Shown one piece after another: positions 34,555 through 47,234 of a stretch of 64,000 bases of DNA. Under the pieces are notes generated by a model. The model saw nothing but the letters and a program-made list of their open reading frames with translations. It had not been told where the DNA came from and did no database searches. The position numbers and the translations under genes are program-made. This DNA is from an uncultured delta proteobacterium. GTDB lineage: Bacteria; Desulfobacterota; Zymogenia; Zymogenales; Zymogenaceae. The stretch is from assembly GCA_963792965.1 (NCBI GenBank), contig CAWBYW010000030.1, positions 64,001-128,000 on the forward strand, given 5' to 3'. Within the stretch, counting starts at the first letter, position 1, and each line of letters begins with the position of its first letter.

Positions 34555-35223
34555 GGCTTCAACGAAACGCGTAAAATTCGGAGTGAGCATACCCTCATCC
34601 CCCGCATAACCGAATATAGCGCCGGTGAAGGTCTTATACAAGCCCGTCCTGTTTAAACGCGTTAGATAGCCTAATATCTCTTCGACCGGCATTCCCAGAG
34701 TATTTCCAAGATCTCCCAAGAGTTCCTTCCAGAAGTGGTCTACCCATTGGTAATCGGTTTCGCTATCAGCGCGAGGAGTTCTCGACTCATAGCTACTAAT
34801 TGTTTGTAGTATTGTGAACTCCCGGAAACTTAGGTCATCTAGGATTTCTAGAAATTCTTCGTATTCATCGGTTTGATCGAACTTCTCTTCCCCGCAGTAG
34901 GTAGAAAACAGATTGGCAAAGAGTCTTATTTTCTCTTCCCTCCTTATGTTTAGGACGTATCTAACCGTAGAGAAATAGGCGTGGAGAAAATCGTTATTCT
35001 TAATGGTATCTTCAGTAAGTCTTATCTTCCGTTTGTCTAGGGCATCAAAGAAAGTGCGCAGGCGTTCCTTTTGAATCTCTCTTATCTTTTCAACTACAAT
35101 GACATCTAGCGCTGAACCGACTCCGTACGGGATTAGCTGAATAAGACCACGAATAACTGGATAGTCTGCGTAGTATTTCTCCACATAAGAAACCAGACTC
35201 TTAATGTTTTCGTCTTCTTCCAT
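34525..35223 (-). CDS. AT-rich hypothetical protein, resembles Abi-alpha/DUF4393-type proteins
   Basis: 232-aa intact ORF with many ATA/CTA/AGA codons unlike its neighbours; IPYGVGSAL...REEKIRLFANL...FLEILDDLSFREFTIL...LNRTGL pattern. Confidence 0.65.
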   Translation of the reverse strand: MEEDENIKSLVSYVEKYYADYPVIRGLIQLIPYGVGSALDVIVVEKIREIQKERLRTFFDALDKRKIRLTEDTIKNNDFLHAYFSTVRYVLNIRREEKIRLFANLFSTYCGEEKFDQTDEYEEFLEILDDLSFREFTILQTISSYESRTPRADSETDYQWVDHFWKELLGDLGNTLGMPVEEILGYLTRLNRTGLYKTFTGAIFGYAGDEGMLTPNFTRFVEALGIDVINNK

Positions 35224-35312
35224 TTAGAGCTCTATTTTGGTGTGAGAAATCGTTGCACATATTCCTCTAACAGTCTTCGCGCATCACGACCTTCACTCTG
35301 ATAGACTGTGCC

Positions 35313-38059
<2,747 letters not shown>

Positions 38060-38151
38060 TCAGTTCTTTTCTAAAGGATACGGGACGGGCCCGAGCGGCG
38101 AGGGATACTCCGATGGTCCGGTGCAGATTGGCGTCCTTCCAGCGGCACTAA

Positions 38152-38607
38152 TCAGAGCTCCTTGATCATCTCGGAGGCCGTGTCCCATCCGAACCCCCGC
38201 GCCATGAGGCGCGAGACGATCTTCTTCTTGGCCTCTTCCGTGATCTGGCCGCCCCTCTTCTCCTTTTCTATAAACCTGCGCGCCCCTTGGCGCTCCATCT
38301 CGGTCGCCTCCGGTCCCGCAAGGAGCTCATTGACGATCTCCCGGTCGACCCCCTTTCCCATAAGGCCCGCCCTGACCTTCCGTGTCCCCCACGACTTTCT
38401 CAAGAAGCCGTATTCAAGATAGTCGTGCGCGAATTTCTCGTCATTGAGGAGGTCGATTTCTTTGAGCCGCTCGATGACCCGGTCGACGGCTCGCGCGTCC
38501 ATCCCCTTGATCAGGAGTTTTCGTCTGAGCTCGGAGGCGGCGTGGGGCCGCATCGAGAGGCTCCTCATCGCGGAATTGAGGACCCGTTCGTCCTCGGAGG
38601 ACTCCAT
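38152..38607 (-). CDS. recX: Regulatory protein RecX
   Basis: AMRSLSMRPH...ELRRKL, LLNDEKFA, WGTRKV...L..KG, LMARGF; downstream of recA. Confidence 0.88.
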   Translation of the reverse strand: MESSEDERVLNSAMRSLSMRPHAASELRRKLLIKGMDARAVDRVIERLKEIDLLNDEKFAHDYLEYGFLRKSWGTRKVRAGLMGKGVDREIVNELLAGPEATEMERQGARRFIEKEKRGGQITEEAKKKIVSRLMARGFGWDTASEMIKEL

Positions 38608-39777
38608 CTAAAACCTCTCGATCTTGACGTCGTCCCCGCCCGCACCTTCCTCTTTTTCCTCCACGGGCTCCTTGTCGAACGCATCCCAGGTGGAATCGCT
38701 GGTAGACGAGATCCCCTTCACCCTGAGGGCGAAGTCGTCCGGGTTGCTGCTCTGGCGCAGCGCCTCGTCGTAGGTGATGAGCCCTTTCCTGTACAGGAAC
38801 ATCAGCGACTGGTCGAAGGTCTGCATCCCGTGGACGGTGAACCCCTTGGCTATGGCGTCATGGATCTCCTTGGTCTTTTCCTTATCGAAGATACACTCGC
38901 GGATAAGGGCCGTCGATATCAGCACCTCCACCGCGGGAACCCTCCCCTTGCCGTCGGCCCGGGGGACGAGTCGCTGGGAGACGATGCCCTTCAGGATCCC
39001 GCCAAGCTGATATCGGATCTGCTGCTGCTGATAGGGCGGAAAGACCGAGATGATACGGGTGACGGTCTCCGTGGCGTCGACCGTATGGAGGGTGCTCATG
39101 ACCAGGTGGCCCGTCTCGGCCGCCGTGAGGGCGGTCTCGATCGTCTCGAAGTCCCGCATCTCGCCCACGAGGATGACGTCCGGATCCTGCCGCAAGGCGC
39201 TCTTGAGCGCGACGGCAAAGCTCTCGGTATCGAAGCCGATCTCTCGCTGGTTGATGATGCTCTTCTTGTCCCGGTGGAGGAACTCGATGGGGTCCTCGAT
39301 CGTGATGATGTGGCAGGTCCGGTTGGAGTTGATATAGTCGATCATCGCCGCCAGCGTCGTCGACTTGCCGGAGCCGGTGGTCCCGGTCACCAGGATAAGA
39401 CCCCGCGGGTCCGAGGCGATCTTTTCGAGGATCCCGGGGAGAAAGAGCTCCGTGATGTTCTTTATCTTGACCGGGATCGAACGGAGGACAACCCCCATTG
39501 TCCCCCGCTGCTGGAAGACGTTGACACGGAACCTTCCGAGCCCGGGGACGCCGTACGCAAGGTCGACTTCGTTGATCTCCCGAAACCGCTCGAGCTGTTT
39601 CTTGTTCATGATGGTCTCGGCAATTTTGGAGATCTCGTCGGGCGTAAGACGCGGCGCGTTCTTGAGCGGGTACAGCGACCCGTCGATACGAAAGACCGGG
39701 GGGAGTCCCACCTTGAGATGGACGTCGGAGGCCCCCTGCTTTACCGCGATCTTTAAAACTTCATTGATTTCCATCAC
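38608..39777 (-). CDS. pilT: PilT/PilU-family type IV pilus retraction ATPase
   Basis: ASDVHL, RFRVNVF.QRG, GTTGSGKST, ITIEDPIE, ALRQDPDVILVGEMRD, AETGHLVMSTLHT, GMQTFDQ. Confidence 0.93.
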   Translation of the reverse strand: MMEINEVLKIAVKQGASDVHLKVGLPPVFRIDGSLYPLKNAPRLTPDEISKIAETIMNKKQLERFREINEVDLAYGVPGLGRFRVNVFQQRGTMGVVLRSIPVKIKNITELFLPGILEKIASDPRGLILVTGTTGSGKSTTLAAMIDYINSNRTCHIITIEDPIEFLHRDKKSIINQREIGFDTESFAVALKSALRQDPDVILVGEMRDFETIETALTAAETGHLVMSTLHTVDATETVTRIISVFPPYQQQQIRYQLGGILKGIVSQRLVPRADGKGRVPAVEVLISTALIRECIFDKEKTKEIHDAIAKGFTVHGMQTFDQSLMFLYRKGLITYDEALRQSSNPDDFALRVKGISSTSDSTWDAFDKEPVEEKEEGAGGDDVKIERF

Positions 39778-39784
39778 ACACCTC

Positions 39785-40807
39785 TTATGACGGAGCCTGC
39801 TCGCTCTTTTTCATAAACCCATGTTTTTCCAGTATCTTGTTCCGTATCTCGTCGCGCAGATTCGGGTTCTCGACGAGGAACTTCTTGGCGTTTTCCCTTC
39901 CCTGGCCGATCCGCTCCTCGCCGTAGGAATACCAGGTGCCGCTTTTCTCCAAGATGCCGTCGTCTGAAGCGATGTCGACAAGCTCCCCCTCTTTCGAAAT
40001 GCCCAGCCCATAGATGAGATCAAACTCCACCTCCTTGAAAGGAGGGGCGATCTTATTCTTTACGACCTTCACCTTGGTGCGGCTTCCCACCACGTCCTGT
40101 CCCTCTTTGAGCGCGGCGGTCCTCCTGATATCGAGCCTGACGCTCGAGTAGAACTTCAGGGCGTTGCCGCCGGTGGTCGTCTCGGGGTTGCCGAAGATCA
40201 CCCCGATTTTCATCCGGATCTGGTTGATGAAGATGACGGAGGTCTTGGACTTGGAGATCGACCCGGTGAGCTTACGCATGGCCTGCGACATGAGGCGCGC
40301 CTGCAGGCCCATGTGGGAATCCCCCATCTCTCCCTCGATCTCGGCCCGGGGCACGAGGGCCGCCACCGAATCGATGACCAGGATGTCCACGGCGCCGCTC
40401 CGGACCAGGATATCGGTGATCTCAAGGGCCTGCTCGCCGGTGTCGGGCTGGGAAATGAGGAGCTCGTTTGTCTTGAGACCGAGGTTGGCCGCATAGTTGA
40501 TGTCCAGCGCATGCTCGGCGTCTATGAACGCCGCCACACCGCCTAATTTCTGGGCCTCGGCAATGATATGGAGCGCCAGCGTCGTCTTGCCCGACGCCTC
40601 GGGCCCGAATATCTCGATGATTCTCCCCCGCGGGATGCCCCCGATCCCGAGGGCCATATCAAGGCTGATGGATCCGGTGGGAATGACCGAGATCTCGGGG
40701 ATGGTTGCATCATCGCCGAGCTTCATGATCGATCCCTTGCCGAACTGCTTTTCGATCTGAGACAGGGCAAGGCTCAATGATTTCTCGCGATTCTCTTCTA
40801 CTGTCAT
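39785..40807 (-). CDS. recA: Recombinase RecA
   Basis: [45 protein letters not shown]. Confidence 0.99.
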   Translation of the reverse strand: MTVEENREKSLSLALSQIEKQFGKGSIMKLGDDATIPEISVIPTGSISLDMALGIGGIPRGRIIEIFGPEASGKTTLALHIIAEAQKLGGVAAFIDAEHALDINYAANLGLKTNELLISQPDTGEQALEITDILVRSGAVDILVIDSVAALVPRAEIEGEMGDSHMGLQARLMSQAMRKLTGSISKSKTSVIFINQIRMKIGVIFGNPETTTGGNALKFYSSVRLDIRRTAALKEGQDVVGSRTKVKVVKNKIAPPFKEVEFDLIYGLGISKEGELVDIASDDGILEKSGTWYSYGEERIGQGRENAKKFLVENPNLRDEIRNKILEKHGFMKKSEQAPS

Positions 40808-40823
40808 TATATATCCTCGTGTT

Positions 40824-41388
40824 TCACGTTAACGGATAAGAGGAGAGTGTCGTGTACACGGCCCCGGACGGCTTCAGATCGCTCTTGATCAGCTCGATGT
40901 GGTCAACGTTCATCTCCCCGAGCACTACGTTCTTATTTTGCTCGATCTTCTTGAGCGTCTCGGTCGAGAGCCGCTCCTTCACGCGCCCAAGGGTCAGGTG
41001 GGGCCGAAAAGCCCTCCCCTCCTTAGGGAAACCGAGGGAAACGCAGGCTTCCTCCAGCGCGTCGCGCAGCCCCACGAGCTTTTCTATATCTCCCGAAAGG
41101 CCGACCCAGATAACCCGGGGACGTCTTGCGTCCGGGAACATCCCGACGGAGCCGACGGAAAGCCGGATCTCGCCCACGCCGTGGGCGCACCGCGCTGCCG
41201 CATCGTTGATCGAGCCGACCATCGCCTCATCGACGGCCCCCAAGAAACTTCAGCGTCAGGTGAATCCCGCCGCTGTTCACCCATTTTACCCCATCGCCCC
41301 TGAAGGCAAGCAAGCCCGAGAGCTCGTCGAGTTTTTGCCGCAGCGCGTCGGGCGGCTCGGCCGCGATAAAGAGCCTGAGATCCGCCAC
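40824..41388 (-). CDS. thpR: RNA 2',3'-cyclic phosphodiesterase (frameshift in a G-run near 41238)
   Basis: GTG start MADLRLFIA; 2H motifs HLTLKFLG and PHLTLGR; PRVIWVG; [10 protein letters not shown]. Confidence 0.9.
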
Positions 41389-41391
41389 CCC

Positions 41392-42679
41392 TTATCCTCC
41401 CTGTGCCGCATCCTCGGCGGGCGATCCAACCAGGAGATAGCGCCGTATCCACTCAAGCGCCATCTCGGAGGAGATGAGCCGGATTCGGCCTCGGTCGCCG
41501 TGAAAGCGGTAGCTCCGGGAGCGGATGCGGATCGTCCCGTCTTCGTCATAGGCCATCCCGATGACGACCGTGCCTACCGGCTTTTCCCGCGTCCCCCCGG
41601 ACGGACCGGCGATCCCGGTGATCGAGACGCCGATGTCTGACAGAGCCCTCTCTTTAATACCGCGGGCCATGGCCTCGGCGACCTCGGTGCTCACGGCGCC
41701 ACGCTCCGCGATGAGGTCGGGAGACACGCCCAGGACGTCCGTCTTGGACTCGTTGCTGTAGGTCACCACCCCCCTGAGAAAATAGGCGGAGCTTCCCGGA
41801 ATGGTCGGTGAGGCGCTGCGCAAGGAGCCCCCCGGTACACGATTCGGCAGTGGAAACGGTGACCTTCCCGCCAATGAGCATCCCCCCGACAACTCCCTCG
41901 AGGGTCTGGTCATCGGCCCCGAAGATCGTATTGCCGAGCGCGCCGCGCACCGTCGCCTCCACCTCCGAGGCGATACGCTGCGCGTCGTCCTTGGATACGT
42001 GCGACTGTGCGGTGACGGTCAGGTGGTTTTCGGGAAAGACCGGCAAAAAACCGATCGTCACTCCCTTGGGACTATACGGCACGCCCTTCAGACGCTCGTA
42101 CACCTGCGATTCCGAGAGACCGAAGATATGGAGCACCCTCCGCGTGAAGAAGACCCCCGGCCCGCTTTCCGCCTGGAGGATCGGGACGATTCCCTGGTCG
42201 GTCATCACCCGCATCTCTTCCGGGACACCGGGGACGACAAAGATCCGCGCGGCCGCCAGTTTGACCCAATACCCCGGGGCGGTCCCGACCGGGTTGGTGA
42301 TGACGCGAGCCCCATGGGGGATGAGCGCCTGCCGGTCGGCGTCGGCGGAGAGCTGAATTCCCCGCTTCTTATAGCGGTTGCGGATCTGCTCCTGGGCCTC
42401 GGGGGAAAGCACGAGCTGCCTTTCCAGCGCCTTGGCGATGCCCCGTGAGGTGATATCGTCCGGCGTGGGGCCCAGCCCCCCCGTCACCACGATCGCTTCG
42501 GCCCGCTCCAGGCCGCGCTTCACCGCGTCCACGATGGCCCCTTCATCGTCTCCCACGGTCGTCATGAAAACGATCCGTACCCCGACGGTCATCAGCCGTC
42601 CCGCGATGTAGGCCGAATTGGTATCGGTAACCAGCCCCGAGAGGAGCTCGTTGCCGACGGTGATGATCTCGCCCTTCAC
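41392..42679 (-). CDS. cinA: Competence/damage-inducible protein CinA (molybdopterin-binding-like + NMN deamidase; frameshift near 41803)
   Basis: EIITVGNELL, TGGLGPTPDDIT, GTAPG, PGVP.EM, AESCTGG; second frame PGSSAYF, TYSNESK, GAVS, ITGIAGPSGG, KPVGTV. Confidence 0.93.
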
Positions 42680-43191
42680 TGAATCCCCCGATATGCCAGT
42701 TCCCTGACCCCCAAAAAGACCCAAAGGGATAGATTGGCATAGATGCCCGCCAGAAGGTCGTCGCTCATCACCCCCAAGCCCCCCTGCACGTTCCTGTCGC
42801 ACCAGCCGACCGGGAAAGGCTTCACAATGTCAAAGAGCCGAAAGAGGAAAAACCCCGCCCCAACGGTCAACAGGCTCAGCGGCACAAACGCCATCGTGAC
42901 CAGGAAGCCGCAGATCTCGTCGATGACAATCTTCCGTGAGTCGTGTACCTCGAAAAGCCTGTCGGCTCTGTCGGCCACCCATATCCCCGCCGCAGACAGG
43001 ATAATCGTCCCGGAGACGTAGACGATCCTCCCGCCGACGCTCAGGAGGAGACACACCGGAATGCCGAGAAGCGTCCCGAACGTCCCCGGAATGAGCGGCA
43101 TATAGCCGAGCCCGAGGCCGGTCGCGGCCGCCTTGATGAGGAACTCACCCAGGTCCCGTTTGCGCCCGGCAATTATATTAGGTGGCCGCAT
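42676..43191 (-). CDS. pgpA: Phosphatidylglycerophosphatase A (start uncertain)
   Basis: ATGLGLGY.P..PGTFGT, IVIDEICG, LFRLFDIVKPFP, GGLGVMSDDLLAG. Confidence 0.92.
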   Translation of the reverse strand: MRPPNIIAGRKRDLGEFLIKAAATGLGLGYMPLIPGTFGTLLGIPVCLLLSVGGRIVYVSGTIILSAAGIWVADRADRLFEVHDSRKIVIDEICGFLVTMAFVPLSLLTVGAGFFLFRLFDIVKPFPVGWCDRNVQGGLGVMSDDLLAGIYANLSLWVFLGVRELAYRGIQ

Positions 43192-44659
43192 CGTTGTCAA
43201 GCCGCTCAACCTCGGAAAGGAACGCCTCCACAACCGTGGGGTCAAACTGCGTTCCGGCGTTCCGCTTGAGCTCTTCCAGCGCCTTGCCGGTCCCGAGCCG
43301 CTCCCGATACGAGCGGCTGGAGGTCATCGCATCAAACGCGTCGGCAACCGCAATGATCCGCGCAAGCAGCGGTATCTTATCGCCCACGATCCCATCGGGA
43401 TACCCGTTCCCATCGTACCACTCGTGGTGATGGTAGACGATCTCGGCGATATCCTCGAACTGCTGGATCGTGGAGAGGATTTCCCTCCCGATGACCGGGT
43501 GCATCTTGGTCTCCTCGTACTCGTCGATCTCAAGCTTATCCTTCTTGTTGAGGAGGAGCTCGGACACCCCGATCTTTCCGATATCGTGCAGCAACCCCGC
43601 CTGCGCCAACAGGTCGATGTCCCTCCGGGGAAGCCTCATGGCCCGGGCGATGGCCAGCGCATACCGGGTGACCCGCTCCGAATGGCCCGAGGCGTACTTG
43701 TCTTTCGCATCGAGCGTGCGCGCGAAACTCTTGACGGTATCGTCGAGGATGCTCACGATATCGCGATAGAGACGCGCGTTTTCCACGGCCACCGAGACAT
43801 TGTTGACGAGTATCGAAAGGGCCTTGGCCCGGCCCTCGGTAAAGGAGTAGCCCTGGGTGAAGGAGACCAGGGCGACGAAGCCCGGCGTCTCGCTCTTGAT
43901 ACGGATGGGGAACAGCAGGATCGACTCGACGTCCCTGCTGCCGTTGGCCACCAGTTCCATCTTCTTGATATCTATCTCGGAAAGGAGCGCCCAGTCTTTC
44001 CCGGCAAGGTACGAGAGCGCGTTCTCAATGTGGATCAGATCGGCGGCCTTTTCCTCTGATTTCTTATCCTTTCCGACGGCTTTGCTTATGATGGATATGT
44101 TGAGGATCATATCCTTCAGATACATCGTGGCGGCGTCGGCATCACCCTCCTTGAGAAGCGCGTCAAGCAGCATCGACAGGACGCTCTCCATGTCGAGGTG
44201 GGAGCTGATGGCCCTGCTGATGTCATAGAGCGCCATCGCTTCCTTCAGCTCGAGGTTTTCCTTGATGAGCCGCTGTTTTTCGAGGGCGTGCTCGATGATC
44301 CGCAGCAGATCCGCGAACTGGAAGGGCTTCATGATATAGTCGTAGGCGCCCTTCTTGATCGCCTCTACCGCGGTCTCGACGGTGGCAAACCCGGTCATCA
44401 TGATCGTGGTAACCCGCGTCCTGAGCAGATTGATCTGGTAGAGGAGCTCCATCCCGCCCATCTTCGGCATCTTCATATCGGTGATGACGAGGTCGGGCGA
44501 TGATTCCTGAATTATTTTGAGAGCGTCGATGCCATTCTCGGCGGTATATATGGTGAACCCCTCGTTTCCGAGCACATCGCTCAGAATCTCACGGATGGAG
44601 AACTCGTCGTCCACCACCACGATGATGCCCTTCTTCTTTTCCTTCTGCTCCGGCATCAT
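43178..44659 (-). CDS. Response regulator REC-GAF-like-HD-GYP cyclic dinucleotide phosphodiesterase
   Basis: VVDDE...ITDMKMP...KP receiver; central GAF-like segment ending VAVENARLY; GHSERV, LHDIGK, HHEWYDGNGYPDG, VADAFDAM, GTQFDP. Confidence 0.92.
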   Translation of the reverse strand: MMPEQKEKKKGIIVVVDDEFSIREILSDVLGNEGFTIYTAENGIDALKIIQESSPDLVITDMKMPKMGGMELLYQINLLRTRVTTIMMTGFATVETAVEAIKKGAYDYIMKPFQFADLLRIIEHALEKQRLIKENLELKEAMALYDISRAISSHLDMESVLSMLLDALLKEGDADAATMYLKDMILNISIISKAVGKDKKSEEKAADLIHIENALSYLAGKDWALLSEIDIKKMELVANGSRDVESILLFPIRIKSETPGFVALVSFTQGYSFTEGRAKALSILVNNVSVAVENARLYRDIVSILDDTVKSFARTLDAKDKYASGHSERVTRYALAIARAMRLPRRDIDLLAQAGLLHDIGKIGVSELLLNKKDKLEIDEYEETKMHPVIGREILSTIQQFEDIAEIVYHHHEWYDGNGYPDGIVGDKIPLLARIIAVADAFDAMTSSRSYRERLGTGKALEELKRNAGTQFDPTVVEAFLSEVERLDNDAAT

Positions 44660-44661
44660 GG

Positions 44662-45861
44662 TTACGCTTGGCTCCTCTCCCTCTTTTCCAGCACGCCGTT
44701 GACCGCGCCGATAACGAGGCGATAGACCCTGTCGATGGGAAGATGATGGCGCTGGGCGGCCGCCCTGACGTCCTCATACTCCGGATAGGCCCCGGAGATC
44801 ATTCCCGTTTCATCGAACGTGACCTTTACCCTAATGTCGCCGAGCTGTGTGGGGATCGTTTCTATCCGACGGCGTGCCTTGACACGCCGCTCGCGGCCGA
44901 TCCTCACGCCGATGCTCGTCGTCTCCGACAGAATACAGTCGATAAGCCGCGGGCTCACAGCTGGCTCCGCCAGCACGGTAAGCGCCGTCCCCGGCCTCTC
45001 CTTTTTCATGATCGTGGCCGTGAGGGTAACGTCCAGCGCCCCCAGCTCAAACAGACGCCCCATCACGTAGTCATAAAACTGGGGGTTCATGTCGTCGATG
45101 TGCGTCGTGATGACGTCGACCTCGTCCTGGGCGGACCAATCTGTCTCTTGTCCCCGGATAAGCCTCAACAGGTTGGGCCGGTCGACTAATTCCCGGTCTC
45201 CCGCGCCAAACCCCGATCCCTCGATGACCATCGGGGGGACCCCCCCGAAGCCCGACGCCAGCGCCTTGACGATCGCGGCGCCCGTCGGGGTCACCAGCTC
45301 CCCATCGATGCCGGCGTCGACTACCGGGAGGCCGGCAAGCAACACCGCGGTCGCGGGTGCCGGCAACGGCAACACGCCGTGCCGTGACTTCACGAAACCT
45401 CGGCCGACCGGCAGCGGTGACGAGACGACCCGAACGGGACCCATCGCCGCCATCCCGAGCGAGACCCCAACGATATCGATGATTGAATCGACCGCGCCGA
45501 CTTCATGGAAATGGACATGGTCCGGGCTTTGGCCATGGACCTTCCCTTCCGCCTCGGCCAGGAGCGAGAATATCCTGATCGCGGTGTCCCGGGCCGGTCC
45601 GGGGGACATCTTCGATTCGAGGAGCTCCCTAATGGCTCCGTAATCGCGCTCATGGGCGGCCTTCTCGTCGTCGAGAACCGACACATTCACCGCCTCGATC
45701 CCGTTTCGCTTTATCTTTTCGGCCGCTATACGCGCGCCTATTCCGAGGCGTCCCACCTCGCCCTCAAGGACCGAGATGTCAAAGCCGAGCGCGATGAGCG
45801 CGCCCAGGAACATATCCCCGGAGATGCCTGAGAAGGCATCGATATAGAGTACCTTTCCCAT
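44662..45861 (-). CDS. larC: Nickel-pincer cofactor nickel insertase LarC
   Basis: FSGISGDMFLGAL, AEGKVHG, VHFHEVGAVDSIIDIVG, PAPAT, ELVTPTGAA, IDDMNP, MKKERPG, PEYED. Confidence 0.93.
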   Translation of the reverse strand: MGKVLYIDAFSGISGDMFLGALIALGFDISVLEGEVGRLGIGARIAAEKIKRNGIEAVNVSVLDDEKAAHERDYGAIRELLESKMSPGPARDTAIRIFSLLAEAEGKVHGQSPDHVHFHEVGAVDSIIDIVGVSLGMAAMGPVRVVSSPLPVGRGFVKSRHGVLPLPAPATAVLLAGLPVVDAGIDGELVTPTGAAIVKALASGFGGVPPMVIEGSGFGAGDRELVDRPNLLRLIRGQETDWSAQDEVDVITTHIDDMNPQFYDYVMGRLFELGALDVTLTATIMKKERPGTALTVLAEPAVSPRLIDCILSETTSIGVRIGRERRVKARRRIETIPTQLGDIRVKVTFDETGMISGAYPEYEDVRAAAQRHHLPIDRVYRLVIGAVNGVLEKRERSQA

Positions 45862-45888
45862 CGATTCCCTGAAGTCTCGGCCCCCCCG

Positions 45889-46635
45889 TTATCGGTTTAT
45901 CAGCGAGGCGACGTATCCCGCGCCGAACCCGTTATCGATGTTTACCACGCATACTCCCGCCGAGCAGGAATTGAGCATGCCCAGCAGTGCCGAGAGGCCG
46001 CCGAATCCGGCTCCGTAACCGACGCTCGTGGGCACCGCCACGACCGGCCGCTCCACGATGCCGCCGATGACGCTCGGCAGCGCACCTTCCATCCCCGCCG
46101 CGACGATCAGCACGTTGGCCTCCCTGAGCTTCTCGATATGGTTCATAAGGCGATGGATCCCCGCTACTCCCACGTCCCACAGACGCTCGGTCTTATTTCC
46201 CATCAGCTCACAGACCAGTGCCGCCTCCTCCGCCACGGGGATATCGGAGGTGCCCGCGGAGATCACCATGATGACTCCACGCCCCCGGATTTCTATCTCG
46301 GCCTCGCGTAGCACGAGGGCCCGCGCGCGCTCATGGAAGGCCATCTCCGGCATCTCGGCCCTGACCGCCGCGGCCATCTCATGGTCCACCCTTGTGACGA
46401 GGATGTTGTGGCTGGAAGACCTCAGGCCGCGCACGATACTTACGATATCCCGGGCTTCCTTGCCCTGGCCCATGACGACTTCCGGAAAGCCCTGCCTGAG
46501 GGCCCGGTGGGTATCGATCATCGCAAATCCGAGGTCTATGAAGGGGAGGGATTTGAGCTTCTCGATCGCCTCTTCAACGGGGATCTGCCCCTCCTTCACC
46601 CCCGTGAGGAGCCGCTTTACTTCGTGCTGGTTCAT
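45889..46635 (-). CDS. larB: Nickel-pincer cofactor biosynthesis carboxylase/hydrolase LarB
   Basis: D.HR..RQGFPEV, AGTSDIPVAEEA, DVGVAGIHRL, AGMEGALPSV, VPTSVGYG, VVNIDNGFGA. Confidence 0.94.
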   Translation of the reverse strand: MNQHEVKRLLTGVKEGQIPVEEAIEKLKSLPFIDLGFAMIDTHRALRQGFPEVVMGQGKEARDIVSIVRGLRSSSHNILVTRVDHEMAAAVRAEMPEMAFHERARALVLREAEIEIRGRGVIMVISAGTSDIPVAEEAALVCELMGNKTERLWDVGVAGIHRLMNHIEKLREANVLIVAAGMEGALPSVIGGIVERPVVAVPTSVGYGAGFGGLSALLGMLNSCSAGVCVVNIDNGFGAGYVASLINR

Positions 46636-47234
46636 CCGGCTCCTTCCGACAGGTACTTCATCGACTCGTTGGATAACAGGAAGAAGAAGAGGATTTTGAG
46701 TCCGGTATCTCCGACGAGAAATTCACATAGAAACACGAGGGCGAACTCCGGACCGCCGTCGCCCGCAGAGAGAACCGTGGGCACAAATTCCCCCACCTCC
46801 ATATAGGCAAGCCGCGGGACGGACGGTATCAGGGCGACGTTAAAAGAATCCCCCAGGACGTTGATGTATGCGGACGTGACGATGTTCCCGACCTCGCCGA
46901 GTACCGAATTCTTGAAATGCTCGATCTCGTCGTCGCTTATCCACCTCGTGGCGACCTTCTTGGTGATCTTGTTGGTGTCATTGGACGAAAGCACGAGATA
47001 TATATCCCCCGAGAGTATCCCGTGGACATCAAATGATATAAGCGTGATCTTGTCGTGGCCCGTTCCGACAAAATTGACGATTTCGTTGACCTTAATCACG
47101 TCTACGGCGCTATTGACCACGCTCACCGTCTCTCCCGTCATCTGGGACAGCGCCAGCGCCGAGCTGATGAGGGCGTCCTGAGAGCGCTTTTCCAAGAGCT
47201 TACTTTTGTCGATAAGAATCGAGTCAATGCCCAT
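46632..47234 (-). CDS. cheC: CheC-family CheY-P phosphatase (DifG-like)
   Basis: ALALSQMTG; SVLGEVGNIVTSAYINVL (ExxN site); PSVP; follows cheA. Confidence 0.85.
   Translation of the reverse strand: MGIDSILIDKSKLLEKRSQDALISSALALSQMTGETVSVVNSAVDVIKVNEIVNFVGTGHDKITLISFDVHGILSGDIYLVLSSNDTNKITKKVATRWISDDEIEHFKNSVLGEVGNIVTSAYINVLGDSFNVALIPSVPRLAYMEVGEFVPTVLSAGDGGPEFALVFLCEFLVGDTGLKILFFFLLSNESMKYLSEGAG

Noticed and set aside
40808-40823. LexA box or dedicated promoter in front of recA
   Set aside because: The spacer is only 16 bp and holds just an SD; I recognised no SOS-box pattern.
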